Assembly: GCF_036321535.1 (NCBI RefSeq)
Contig: NC_087436.1
Span: 15,748,001-15,812,000, forward strand
From: Camelus dromedarius
Taxonomy: Eukaryota
Reading direction: 5' to 3'
Length of the DNA stretch: 64,000 nt
Part shown: positions 1 through 12,226 of the stretch, piece by piece
Layout of the letters: each line of letters opens with the position of its first letter
Numbering within the stretch: position 1 is the first letter of the stretch
Notes under the pieces: generated by a model
Database searches by the model: none
What the model saw: the letters and a program-made list of their open reading frames with translations, nothing else
Told to the model about the DNA's origin: nothing
Translations under genes and position numbers: made by a program

Positions 1-237
1 AAAAAAATGCTGGGGATATTATAACAGAGTGTTATTTCTGTCCTCCTCTGGCAAGGACACATGCCTTTTCAACTTGGTAATGATTCCCTTGTTTGGCTCA
101 GTTGTGTGGTTTGCATCTTGTGCTCACAATGTAATTGTGTCAGGAGGAGTCTAATGAGGGGGAAAAATGGTCTCGGAGTGATAATAAACCCGGCGTCCAT
201 CCGCACACTCCATTCACTGCGCTGTTTTCCCCCTAAG

Positions 238-310
238 GATCCAAGCCCCGCTCAGAAGCCTGTTGACAGTGGTGCCCCTCATGCTGTCGTTCTTCATGAT
301 TTTCCAGCAG
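238..310 (+). CDS. SH3D19: SH3D19 internal coding exon (start of an SH3 domain); earlier exons lie upstream of the window
   Basis: ctaag|GAT ... CAG|gtaagg; 73 nt; DPSPAQKPVDSGAPHAVVLHDFPA(E); phase fits next exon. Confidence 0.93.
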
Positions 311-1333
311 GTAAGGACATAAATAATAAAGTGGTAGAACCACATGGTTCACAATCAGGCGTCCTCCCTGGGTTAACCTCTCAAAGACATCGTTCATTTT
401 CGGTGCCAGCGTAGCCCTGGACTGGAGAGGTCATCTTATCCTCACCCAAGGGGCGCCTTGTACGCAGCCATCCGGGAAGGGTCACCTCTACCCAGCCATT
501 TCAGGAAGCTTGGCTGCATACCCTTGCCTTTGAAACTGCCTGTGAGAGAGAGAGAGGAGAAGAGGGTGTCTCCCTTACAAATGAACAAATAGCAAATTGC
601 CTACTATTTGCAAATTCTTTAACTCTTTCAAAACAAGGGGTACCAAATAACAGTTGTAATGAAATTAATTCTAATTGAATAAGTGAAGTTCTTTTCTCCT
701 AAGAGTTGTAAAACCTACACATAAAGATCAACTATTACTTAAGAAATGAAAATATACATTTTTATAATCAGTTTTTAAATACCTTTTATATCCAAGGCAA
801 CAAATAAAATAAATTCCTAATTTATTTATAATCTTTTTTTTAATCTACTTGGTGGACTGATTTTTATCTCAGTGTGAGTAAATTTATTTTCTAAAGAGCT
901 GTATGACTCCCTTAGTTAATATTTTGAGATTGAAATGATTTTTAAGCATGGTTGAGAATAGTATGAATATTATACCATGTCTATAATGCTCCCTCATTGT
1001 TAAAATACGTTTTAAGCAGAAGGTTTATATTGGCACAGTAGGAATCGCTGGCAAGCACAGTGTTTCGTGTGTACGTTTTTTTAACCATTTCCTATCAGTC
1101 AATGCATGGTAAATATATCTAATTTGATCTTAAAAGGGAAAGCTCATAGCAACAATATCCACCCCCAGAAAAAGGATATATTTTTAAAGTCAATTTGATT
1201 AGTATAATCTGTTCTCAGAATCAACAGAACATACTGCCTCGGTGGACAGAACTAAATGCTATTTTGTGCTCTGCTTTAATCAGATCTGCAACCAGGGTAA
1301 TTCATCACACATAATTATAATTCTATGTTACAG

Positions 1334-1464
1334 AGCAAGTTGATGATTTGAACCTCACATCTGGAGAAATTGTTTATCTTCTGGAAAAAATAGATACAGA
1401 TTGGTACAGAGGGAAATGTAGAAACCAGACAGGTGTATTTCCTGCCAACTACGTCAAAGTAATT
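1334..1464 (+). CDS. SH3D19: SH3D19 coding exon, SH3 domain
   Basis: ttacag|AG ... ATT|gtaagt; 131 nt; QVDDLNLTSGEIVYLLEKIDTDWYRGKCRNQTGVFPANYVKVI (SH3 WY..G and FPANYV motifs). Confidence 0.96.
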
Positions 1465-2415
1465 GTAAGTAGGTTGTGCTTGTTTAAATTGGTCATATAT
1501 TCAGTGGGTTCCATGTAATTAACAGTTTGGAAAAAAAGTAACCAGAAGCCTAGCTTCTTGGGTTCTGGCTCTTTCTCTTCCATTAATTCATTTGGTAGTT
1601 GGAAAATTCAAAAATAAAGATTTGTTCAACTAGATAATGGTTAATTGTGATTATATTATGGGGTATTGGTACTTGATGCTTAGGTGTTATCTGAAATCCC
1701 AAGGTGAAAAACTACTACAGGTCAACTGGTGAATGAACTATTCCTGGAGGGTTTGATAAGCACTTGAGGATATATGTTAATTCACTGAAACATTCAGTGG
1801 GCAAGAATTAAATGATTCTGGATTGTCCTGAAGGAATGTTCTCTGAGGTTATGGTACCACTTCTCCTTTTCTTTGGAGTACGTTTCATTTTTGGTTTCTT
1901 TCATCCTTTTCACCCCCATTTTTCTCTACCTTTAAAAAAAAAAGTAGATTTGGGAATACTAAAGTACTTTCATTGGAGGTAGTAGTCCACTAATGGTTTT
2001 TCACATAATAATTTCAAATCTCATTGGGAAAAATTATATTAAAGTGTCAGAATTTTGTACACCCTCATGTCGTTCATGGCCTACTTGTGAAAGCAGGCCC
2101 TGCTGGTGGCAGGCAGAGCCCTGAGTACTGAGCCTGGGTGTGTGAAACATGGGGCTGAAGTCAGGCTGCCATTCAAACATTTATATCAATAGGAAGAGTG
2201 TGTCTCAAGCCCTGATGTGACTTACTGATACTGGAAAGTATCAATAAAGCTAGCTTACGTCATTGAGAACTAACGACTTATTTGGGGGAAAAAGGCAAAT
2301 GATTTTCCATGACATCAGAAACTTAGAAAACAAATATAACAGAAAACCTGTATTTTTCTCAAATATAGATGAGTTTGAGTCTCTAGAACAAAATGTGGGT
2401 CTTAAAAATTGTCTG

Positions 2416-2419
<4 letters not shown>

Positions 2420-2450
<31 letters not shown>
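2420..2450. repeat. (AT)n microsatellite
   Basis: Perfect AT run in an SH3D19 intron. Confidence 0.95.
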
Positions 2451-2452
<2 letters not shown>

Positions 2453-3368
2453 CTGATTCTTTGGAGAAATCCAACCACATTCTCTAAATTAATATTAAGA
2501 ATAATGTTAGTTTTTGCTCTCTTCCTCATTTTTTCTTCTGCCCAATGTAGCAGTACTTTAAAAAAGCACAATTACCACACTGAAATCAATCACACTGAAT
2601 TTGCCACATTATTGGTATAAGTGTTATTTCTAAGCTTACAAGTTTAAAAAATTGTTTTAAAACTTCGAACTTTTGGAATCCATCAAGAAGGGCACTGATT
2701 TATTTAATGTAAACCTCCAAGCCTTAAGTAGTTTTTGGACTTAGTGCGTTACAGTCAAATATTTCATCACAGCCCAGCTCTACTGAGCCCTGGAAATGAA
2801 GTGTTGTATAAAAAATGCTTGTCACTTACTAGATGCTCACTGAGTACTAATTCCTTTCTTCCTTCCCAACTCACACCGAAGGGAAAAAACCATGTACCAG
2901 AATTATGAAAATGAAGAGAATTCACAAGTTGGACTAAGTATTTTATTCTGGGGTCATGAAAATATTGCAGAACTCTATTAGCACGATGAATAGGTGTCTA
3001 GGTGGTGCTCAAATGCCTGATGTCTACTTTCTAACCTAAGTCCTCCTCACTGGAAGTTCTCGATATAGGGGGAGGGGACAGAGAACACTCAGTCAGGGGT
3101 AGAAAGATTTTAATGTGCTTATTCCAGCACATAAGAAAGGGATTGACTGACTATTCAAAGAAGGCTACCTCACAAGTTATGCATTTTTTTTTCAAAACCC
3201 AAAATCTGGCTTTTTTACCTTTTTAGCACCTATGGTAGGTACATTTATCTCTTTAATACCTTGCTAAAATGGCTAACTTCAGTCATGCGTTTCCTATTAC
3301 TTAGCTTTAAATTTATCTTACTAAAAACTAAAATAATACAATTGTTCCCTTGATTTTGTCTTCACTAG

Positions 3369-3424
3369 GTTGATGTTCCAGGAGGAAATGGGAAAAGGGA
3401 ATCAATTTCATCTCATTGTGTTAA
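3369..3424 (+). CDS. SH3D19: SH3D19 short linker exon
   Basis: cactag|GTT ... AA|gtaagt; 56 nt; VDVPGGNGKRESISSHCV(K); phases fit both neighbours. Confidence 0.9.
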
Positions 3425-3500
3425 GTAAGTTTTACTTGTGTTCTTTTGTACAAAACACAAAGGTTGTGAGCATTTATACCATAAAGAATTAACAAGCTTA

Positions 3501-3580
3501 GGGGGAGGGTACAGCTCAGAGGTAGAGTGTGTGCTTAGCATGCACAAGGTCCTGGGTTCTATCCCCTGGATCTCCATTAA

Positions 3581-3620
<40 letters not shown>

Positions 3621-3669
3621 GTAGATAGATAAACCTAATTACTTCCCCCCCAAAAAAATCTTAAAAAAG
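3501..3669 (+). mobile_element. tRNA-derived SINE (camelid Vic-1-like) with internal (ATAG)n
   Basis: GGGGAGGGTACAGCTCAGAGGTAGAG ... GGTCCTGGGTTCTATCCC A/B-box head; 17-bp TSD aagaattaacaagctta at 3484-3500 and 3670-3686. Confidence 0.9.
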
Positions 3670-5322
3670 AAGAATTAACAAGCTTAAACACTTCAGATAT
3701 ATGATCATTCAGATTCTCAGTGTGTCTTTTTAATTATGAGGAAAACTGCTTGTTTAAAAATTCTGATGAGACTGCAGTGTGCTGACAGAAGCTGACATGA
3801 GCAGTCTCCACATCAGCATCGGGCACATGGACAGCCCCAGTCTCCCCTGATGCTTCCCACAGCTGGCCTCGGCTTGAGCAGAGGGGTTTCGTCGTCCTAT
3901 TGGCCCTCTGGGGATTGTCTACCAACAGATTTCTAAAAGGTTCAGATATTTTTGTCATAGGATATATTTAAACCTAATAGAAATATGTACCCTACAAAAA
4001 CTGCTCGGCACTTTGCATTGTTTTGTTTTTGAGAGGAACCAGAAGACAGTAAAGGAGGAGTTAAGTTGGAGGAGCCTTCCTTTATGTTTAAAGACCTTTC
4101 TGTGAATTTATGTACCCTTTTATGCACCATTGTAACTCCTTTGTGATTTAAAACATTGCCACAGTGCAACTTTATATTCCAGTTAAATGAGCAAATTAAT
4201 AGAATTCAGTACCTGCTGAAGACTGTAAACCTGTCTTTGAATAGGTCAGACAGAAGAAGATCTGCTCCCTGGGGACTTTAGAAAATAAATGCAAAGGTTA
4301 TCACAAATAAGAAAACTTCTGATGCCACAATAGTTGAATTCTATTTCAGGTTCTATTTTTCTCCTATTTTTAAGCAGTGTTTACTGTGTCAGCGGGTTGA
4401 ATTTAAAGTGGGCTTTCATGGCCGATGGTCCATTGATTTGACTTAAATCAGACTTTGACTGGAGCCAGTACCAAGCTTTTCCCTTCAGGCAGTTGCATCT
4501 CCTTAGCCTGTTGCTGTTGAAACTTCCCTTCTGAAGCCTCAAATCAAAGGTTTCATATTCAGTCATGTCTTCTAGGGACACAATTTCATCTGTTTTTTTA
4601 CATTCTTTTCAGTCAAAACTGCAGATCATTTAAGGATTGTTCCAATTTTCACAAATGAAGCCTTTTTAAAGGAGATAGAAAAAAATCATTTTTAAAACGA
4701 CAGTGTTAGGTATGAGAGCAAATGTTGTACAATAATATGCCGAGCTTCTGCTTTCTTCGAACCTCCTAGTTGTGAAGGAGGTTCTCTAATCTGTATACAC
4801 AGCTCACTGACTCAGCATCTGGTGAGCACGGACCCTGCCCAGCTGGTGCCCGTTGCATCCTGCCCGGGAAGCTTGATGTCTTGCCCTGAGTCTCTCGGGG
4901 TTAGCACACGTAAGCTCAGAGCTTCTGTGACTGAGAGGGTTCAGACTCGGCCCTGGATTACTGTGGCCCAAGGATACCGAGACATGGAGACTGGGGAAAT
5001 TCTGGAATGAAGAAAAGGTGACCAGAGGCGTGGCAGCGTAGACCAACCACCCCGCTGCTTATCTGGGGTTCTGTACTTGTGACCTTGTGACCTTGGCTTT
5101 AGCCTTTCTGAGTGAATAGGTTCATAAAAAGTCCTAAAAAGTAAGGACTCTAATTTATAAATGTAACTTACTCTTTTTCATGGAAGATTTTAAATTATGC
5201 CTGGTATACCTTGTTGCACAGTAAACACACAATATTCATTGAAAGGCTGAATAAGGGTTGTAAGGCATTTTGAAAGTCAGTACTCTCTAGTTTAACCCAC
5301 AAATGGGATCTTCTTTCTTCAG

Positions 5323-5525
5323 GGGCCCAAGATGTGTTGCTCGATTTGAATATATTGGCGACCAGAAGGACGAGTTAAGTTTCTCAGAGGGAGACGTTAT
5401 TATTCTTAAGGAATATGTGAATGAAGAGTGGGCGAGAGGAGAACTTCGAGACAGAAGTGGGATCTTCCCCCTTAACTTTGTGGAGCTCGTTGAGGGTCAC
5501 CCCGCCTCTAGTGCACATGTTTTAA
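5323..5525 (+). CDS. SH3D19: SH3D19 coding exon, SH3 domain
   Basis: ttcag|G ... A|gtgagt; 203 nt; GPRCVARFEYIGDQKDELSFSEGDVIILKEYVNEEWARGELRDRSGIFPLNFVELV. Confidence 0.96.
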
Positions 5526-5966
5526 GTGAGTACAGGCAACACGGCTATCCTAATTCAAATAAACTAAATAAGAGGCTAATACTTAAACTGCATAATAACC
5601 CAGACTGCCATCTTTTTTTAAGATAGAAGGAAAAATGACTTTGAGATGGTAATTGTCATTACTGGGGCAGTCTCTCAGAGAGCTGGTTTTGGTATTTTGG
5701 GTAATTACAGTAGCTTCACATCAGAAATGGCAGACAAAGAATCATCGAAATGGCTTGTAGAGTGTAACTTATGCGTATCCTCCTTCACTTTACAGTAAAG
5801 GAAGCAAACCCAGGAGGGTAGTGCTTGGCAAAGTTACATAACCAGATCATGGAGAGACTGATCTGGAGTCCCAGACTTTTCACACTCCCCGTACAGTTTC
5901 CTTTAATACTATATGGTCTTTACATCTGAAGTTTTCACCTTTTTTTTTTTTTTTTTTTTAACATAG

Positions 5967-6019
5967 GCACAAAGGTACCACCGAAGACCAAAAAAGAAGA
6001 TTCTGGTGCAAATTCTCAG
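5967..6019 (+). CDS. SH3D19: SH3D19 short linker exon
   Basis: long poly-T tract then acatag|GC ... CAG|gtaggc; 53 nt; STKVPPKTKKEDSGANSQ. Confidence 0.9.
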
Positions 6020-7214
6020 GTAGGCTGCTTGAATAGATAAGTACACTGAAAGCCAGGTTTCATCTCTGGGAGGACTATTAAAATCATAATTATCATAAGA
6101 AAATGTTATGTATCATTTTTTAATTCATGTAGCAAATGTTAGAAATAAATAGATGAGTAATACCTTTATTGCACATGGAACTCATTCAAATGATTTAGAA
6201 AGACATGCAAACCCCAATAAAAAACCAAGGAAAGAGGCATGATTGGAATATCCATAAAAGAGATAATAGTATCTTATAGATACTCACAGAAGTGGCTGAT
6301 ATGAAAAAGTTTGTAACCTTACAGTAATCAAAGAAATGCCTTGTAAAGCAACAATGAAATGCCATCTAACATATTCAGTTAGCAGAGATTCAACACAGCT
6401 CTACTCTAAACAAGTAAATATAAGTATGTGAATATTTAAAAAGAGACAAAGTGCAGATTATTGTTACAATTATTTTGATTTCTCACCCTAAGAAAAGGAT
6501 GAAACATGAGACAAGATTTCAGTCACAAAGATGGTCTTAGTGGTGTTATTATAATAGGAAAAAATTGGAAATAACCTAAATATGACCATTATTGGGAGAA
6601 TGTTCTGAGGCTGCGAAAAGCTAGATTTATAAAGTGAATCTCATGTGAGGAAAACATAGTATGGGGAAATTGAATATATAGCATAAAAAGACTAGAAGGA
6701 AACAGCTGAAGTTGTTAACATTCAGTTGCCCTTAGGTGGTAAGATTATAAGTGGGTGGCGTTTTTCTCACTCTTCCTACATTTCCAGATTTGCCAAATGT
6801 TTAGGAACATTTTATTTTTTTTAATAATGGGAGAGAGAGAAAAGTGGATTAAAATGCTCACACTGTATACATGACTTCAGAAGAACATGATTTAAACTGA
6901 ATAGGAATGTGGGTGACTTCCATTGTTTTTTGTGACATGTTTAAAAGAATGAGCCTGATGAGGTCATTGTTTGTCAAAATGTCACTGGTAATTGGGCCGA
7001 GTGCCTCTCAATTCTTTCATCTCCACCCACTGATAAAGTCAAGCAGGAAAGAAAGTGGCTACAGTTCTCTAAAAGGAAATGTTCATGTGGTTGCCTGTTT
7101 TTCCTGGGACTGATAAGTACTGTTCTTCAGGTTGGCTGCTCAGGTGCAGGAGCAAGAGGGGGTTGGGGTTTTTGCTTGCTTGGTTTTTCTTGTTTCTTAA
7201 GCCCTCGGTTGTTG

Positions 7215-7400
7215 AGAACTTAAGTCGTACCAGGCACTGTGCTAAGCATCCTACACATATTACCTCATTTGAGCAACCACAGCCCCCCTAAGATGAAGCT
7301 GAGGCTCCGAGCAGAGAAGCTTCTTGCCTAGTGTCAGCTGGAAGGTGGCAGAGTTTGGCCCGCAGCACAGGCCCGTCAGGCCCCAAGCCTTTGCTCTGAG
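7215..7400 (-). mobile_element. MIR remnant
   Basis: ccaggcactgtgctaagc ... gatgaagctgaggctc ... cttgcc MIR core pattern. Confidence 0.65.
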
Positions 7401-8083
7401 CATTATCCTCTTCTCCCTGCTTGAGCTTCTTGAATGTAGGGCTCTCATCCAACTTGACAGAGACACTTCTTCACAGGACAGAACCTTCTTCTGATGTGTT
7501 TGCAGTAAGGGCATTCTTGTTGGAGCATTCCATCATACTGGCCCACCGTATGGGGGTGGCTACCCCTCAGAGTTAACTGTGCCCCGACAGATTAAGTGTG
7601 ACTTTACGAAGTCCTATGCTATGGAATCTGATAGCCTCTGAGTCTGGGAATTAACAGACTGCCCATTCTGATTCTCCCTAGTTTAGGTAAAGAAGAGCTT
7701 CACTGAAAATTACATACTTTGCCAGAATTTTTTCGTAGCGTCATAAACAGTATACATAAATATTGTAAGCATTTACCTAATTTTTTAATGTAACTAATGT
7801 CATAGATCATAATTAGGAAAAATCTTTACTTAAGCACTGTGTATTCCTTAAATTAAGCAGAAAAGTCACAAATTTAATCACATCTGTCATTTAGAATTAT
7901 ATCTTAAGAAAAAAGTTATTGGAAACTTTTATTTCTGGAACTTGATAGTGACATGAAGGATTGAGTGATTTAAAGAGGACTTCAGGCTTTGAAATCTTAT
8001 AACCTCTTAGCTTTTTCCCATCACTTTTTAAGCTTTGTAGAAATTAATTTCAAATAAAATTTTAAATTTCTTAACACACTTCT

Positions 8084-8401
8084 TTTTTTTCTTTTACTGT
8101 TTGAATGATCTTCAGTCATACTTTATTTTATTTTAATTATTTTTTTAAATTGCAGTATAGTCAGTTATAATGTTGTGTCAGTCTCTGCTGTACAGCACAA
8201 TGTCCCACTCATGCATATACATACATATATTCGTTTTCATATTCTTTTTCATTAAAGATTACAAGACATTGAACATAGTTCCCTATGCTATACAGAATAA
8301 ATTTGTTTTTTTATCTATTTTTATCTATAGTAGTTAGTATTTGCAAGTTTCAAACTCCCAGATTTATCCCTTACCACCCCTTTTCCCCCAGTAACCACAA
8401 G
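8084..8401 (-). mobile_element. 5'-truncated young L1 3' end, antisense to SH3D19
   Basis: L1 3' UTR similar to copies at 34613-34887 and 39375-39937; perfect 18-bp TSD atttcttaacacacttct at 8066-8083 and 8402-8419. Confidence 0.9.
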
Positions 8402-8431
8402 ATTTCTTAACACACTTCTGATTTGTAACAG

Positions 8432-8618
8432 GAGAACAGTCTCTCTGGAGAATGGTGCGAAGCTCTTCACAGTTTTACGGCAGAGACCAGTGATGACTTA
8501 TCCTTCAGGAGGGGAGACCGGATTCTGATCCTGGAGCGCGTGGACCCTGACTGGTACAAGGGAAGGCTGCGTGACAGGGAGGGCATCTTCCCTGCCGTCT
8601 TCGTGCGGCCCTGCCCAG
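8432..8618 (+). CDS. SH3D19: SH3D19 coding exon, SH3 domain
   Basis: taacag|GAG ... G|gtatga; 187 nt; ENSLSGEWCEALHSFTAETSDDLSFRRGDRILILERVDPDWYKGRLRDREGIFPAVFVRPCP. Confidence 0.96.
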
Positions 8619-9032
8619 GTATGACGGCTGCAGGGAGGGCTCCTGCGCTCTAAGGGGAGCCCGAGACTTTGAAATGATGTAGATTTCTTTTCCCTCGGGC
8701 CAGGCTCAATTTATGTTGTTTGCCTACATTTGAAAGTTGATTTATAAAGTTATGCAGACTTTCTTCATATACTTTGTTGAAGTTATGGGGAAAAAGAGAT
8801 TAAAAAATGCCTTCACTTGATAATGACTAATTTTGTCTTGTAAATATATTTTGTATAATTTTTTTCCTGCTAAGAGAACATCCGTCATTTTTTTTTTTTT
8901 GGCCAGTTAAATCAATCCAAAGTTGACTGAAAATATTATGTCCTGGGAATAACAAAGGGGTTTCTTAAAATGTCTGATTTGTGTTTAGGTCCAATGTCTT
9001 TCTATATATTTGAATTTTTGGTGTCTTCACAG

Positions 9033-9130
9033 CTGATGCAAAAAGTACGGCTGCTTTAGCACCAAAGGGGAGGAAAGCCAAGGCCTTGTATGATTTCCAT
9101 GGGGAGAATGAAGACGAGCTCTCCTTCAAG
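9033..9130 (+). CDS. SH3D19: SH3D19 penultimate coding exon, start of last SH3 domain
   Basis: tcacag|CT ... AAG|gtcaga; 98 nt; ADAKSTAALAPKGRKAKALYDFHGENEDELSFK (ALYDF motif). Confidence 0.96.
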
Positions 9131-11294
9131 GTCAGAGTGTGTATCTTGTTGTAACTGCATTAAGCAGCTCTACGTTTTGGAATGTCTTCCACTAAAGGGT
9201 GAACGTTTGGGTGGAGTATTGATCATTAGCCAAGAATGAACAGATCTCAGACTCTCATTCTAAAGGATGAGATTAGCGAAAGTGAATAGGATAAATGTAA
9301 ATTATCAGCAAGGCATTTAGGTACTCAAAGAAAACCTTATTGATAGCCCCACAGTGGCCTAATGGGTCCTTATTCCTCGGCCTTGTAACATGCTATCCCA
9401 CTAATGCTGGAGTTTTCAGTGGTCACCCTAGTAAAGGATGATTCTCTTCATGGCCTTTGCAGCCTGCCACTGTCATGTCTGAAGTCACTGGAGAAATCAG
9501 GTGGCACCCACTACATTCAGCTGGCCTCTGCAGCAGTGCCTCATAAGACACTGAAGTCCTGTCCACAAAGACACCGACTAGACTTCAGGGAAATGATCTC
9601 AAAAGGTTAAAGTACTTTGCAAAGGTTTTTTAGAAGCCTAAAATTTCATCTTACGTCGTGGAGGAAGTGCCTTTTTTTTTTAAAGTAAAAATAGAATAGT
9701 TCCATGATTCTGTTTCCATAGTCTGCAGTTAGACCGTGGTCAGGGGAAAGCATTCAGGGTAGTTGTTTGGGACTGTGCCAGAGGAAGGGAAGGAGGGAGG
9801 GTTCGGTAAGTCACTCCTGTCCGAAGAGCCTGTGTCAGACAGCAGGCAGTTCTCCATCACTGGAGGTACTGAGAGGCAGGGACACCATAGAAGGAATTAA
9901 CCTATCGAGGAGTAACTGGACAAGATGAGACTTAAGACAGTGGGTACCCAGACAGGGTTTTCACCTGTCTACAACAAAATGAGGAAAACAGTGGCACTGG
10001 GTATGTGCAGGCCTTAGGGGAGCTATGGAGAAGGGGAAGCATGCCAGCATATGTCGGTATAAGGTTTGCTAACTTCTGTCTTGTGATGAGTTTTCCTTTC
10101 TTAGAATTTCTTCTATCTTTTTCATATTAAAATATCATTCCTATTATAAAATATTGTTAGAAAATGGTAGGTATTTCTTGTACAAAATTATAATTGGTAA
10201 CCCTGTATCAGTTTCTTTCTTTCTTTTTTTTTAATTTCTTGGTCCATAAAAATCCAAATGTTTGGAAACTGTTGCCCTAGTCCTTTTTAATCATAAGAGT
10301 CAGTCAAAATTCATTCCTTTTATCTTTACATGAAATGTTACCATAAGTGAACACTGTGGATTCAGACTTTTTGGATATTATTTTGGCCTTCATTCAGGTT
10401 ACGTCAATAAAAATAACAGAGTTCACAGTATCTTACAGAAAATAGGTTGTCCTCATTTTACAAATGACTAACTGCAAGCAAGATAGTTCTAGAATTTTTT
10501 GGTTAAAGGATTCTGTAGTGCTTTCAATGTTGGTGAACATTAATATTTTACTAAATATATGCAGAATATTAGCTGATAAAACATTTTTTAGATTGTCCTA
10601 TCCCTCAGAAGACTGACATGGTCTGTACGTGTGGTCCAGACCTAAGGAAAATCATCTTAGTCAACGCTTATGTTACAATTTAGGAATTGGAAAGAACTTA
10701 TTTATGACAGAAACTTTGCATGCCAAAATTTTTACAGATTTTAGCAGAGTAAAGTAAATTAATGACATTTGATAGTCAGCGTATTCCCTTTCCATTTTCC
10801 ATTAAGAAAGGCCTTAAATCAAACCATTTTTCCAAATGGCAGTGTACGAGGGCTACAAATAAATCCATTTAGCCTGATAAAGATATTCTTAAAAGTATCC
10901 AGGGTCATCTTGGACTATTATAGAATCTTAAACCCAGATTCTAAGAAATGGTTAGAAACCATAAAGAACAAAATAGTTTCAGGAAATAATTTCAAAAATT
11001 GTCTGCATCTGTTGAGTTATAATTCACACGTGAATAAGACACAGCCCCTTGGACTAACCTGATGGGGATAAATCAGTGTTCTGAGTCAGGCTGAGGCTTT
11101 TTAAGACACAGAAGAATACAAATTTGATAATAAGGCCATGGAGGAGTGGAATAAACCAAATAGTAGAGGAGAATACCATTATGTGGAAGAATAAACACAG
11201 AGCACAAAATGCCGAGGCTGCCGAGAAAAGGTAATTATAGTAAAAACCTTTCTAACTAGAAAGGTCCACTGTGAAATGTGGTGACCACATCGCC

Positions 11295-11765
11295 CAGTGG
11301 CTAACAGTACACACCCTGGAATCCCACCAGATTTGAATCCTGCCTCTACCGCTAACTAGACATGCGACACTGGGCAAGTCACTTGATCTCTCTGAGCTTC
11401 AGTTTCCTTTCCTTCAAAATTAGGTGATCTGTAAAAATCTCTAACAGGGATGATGATAGTACCTACTTCCAGGTCTGCAGCATTGTTTTCAGTGAGTTAA
11501 TTCCCACAAAGTACGTGGGAAAGGATGAGGCAGGAAGTAAGCACATGGCTCATGAGTGCTCATGCCTAAGTCTTTGCTTAAATGTCACCTTCAGTGGGCC
11601 CTCCCCTGACTGTCCCAGTGAGATGGCCACCTGTACTTTGTGTCCTCCTCTGCCAGCTTAGTGATTGGTCTCCCAACTCTGGAATAAGGTCTTAATTCAT
11701 TGCTGAGTCCATAGTGCCTGGTATGGTGTCTGACACATAGTGGGTGCTCAATAAACAATTTAGAT
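11295..11765 (+). mobile_element. MIR followed by L2 3' end remnant
   Basis: gggcaagtcacttgatctctctgagcttcagtttcc (MIR core); tgtctgacacatagtgggtgctcaataaac (L2 tail). Confidence 0.7.
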
Positions 11766-12109
11766 GGGAAAAACATTTATACACATATGTGATAACTGGT
11801 ATTTCTATTTATGAAAGAATTTTAGATTAGTGATGACTGGTGAATTGGGGGACACAAAATACAACCAGGAAAATAAAAGTGCTGCAAGGGTGATGACAGC
11901 AAAGGAATGGGCTTTGAGGAGGAGAGGTGTACAAGCAAATGGCATCGTTGGGTATAGATCATCTTTGTGGTACATTGTTTAATCCTCTCGGCAAATCAAG
12001 ATAAATGAGTTTATAAAGAGGAGAGCTACATACATCTCCAGGTGGGCTGCTTACCCTGCTGATCCTCAACAAAAACTAATAATTATTTCCAAATCTTGTC
12101 TTCTTACAG

Positions 12110-12226
12110 GCTGGAGACATAATAACAGATCTGGAATCTGTAGATGATGATTGGATGAGTGGAGAACTGATGGGAAAATCTGGAATATTTCCCAAAACCT
12201 ACATTCAGTTTTTACAAGTCAGCTAA
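12110..12226 (+). CDS. SH3D19: SH3D19 terminal coding exon
   Basis: ttacag|GCT ... TAA; 117 nt; AGDIITDLESVDDDWMSGELMGKSGIFPKTYIQFLQVS*; the eight exons sum to 918 nt with no internal stop. Confidence 0.96.
   Translation, partial: AGDIITDLESVDDDWMSGELMGKSGIFPKTYIQFLQVS

Noticed and set aside
61..414. 117-aa ORF as a standalone gene
   Set aside because: Only 238-310 is a splice-bounded SH3D19 exon; the rest is open intron. The same applies to ORFs 5303-5626 and 25208-25456.
2099..2112. CTCF-like CCTGCTGGTGGCAG
   Set aside because: Two mismatches to the core consensus and no independent support.
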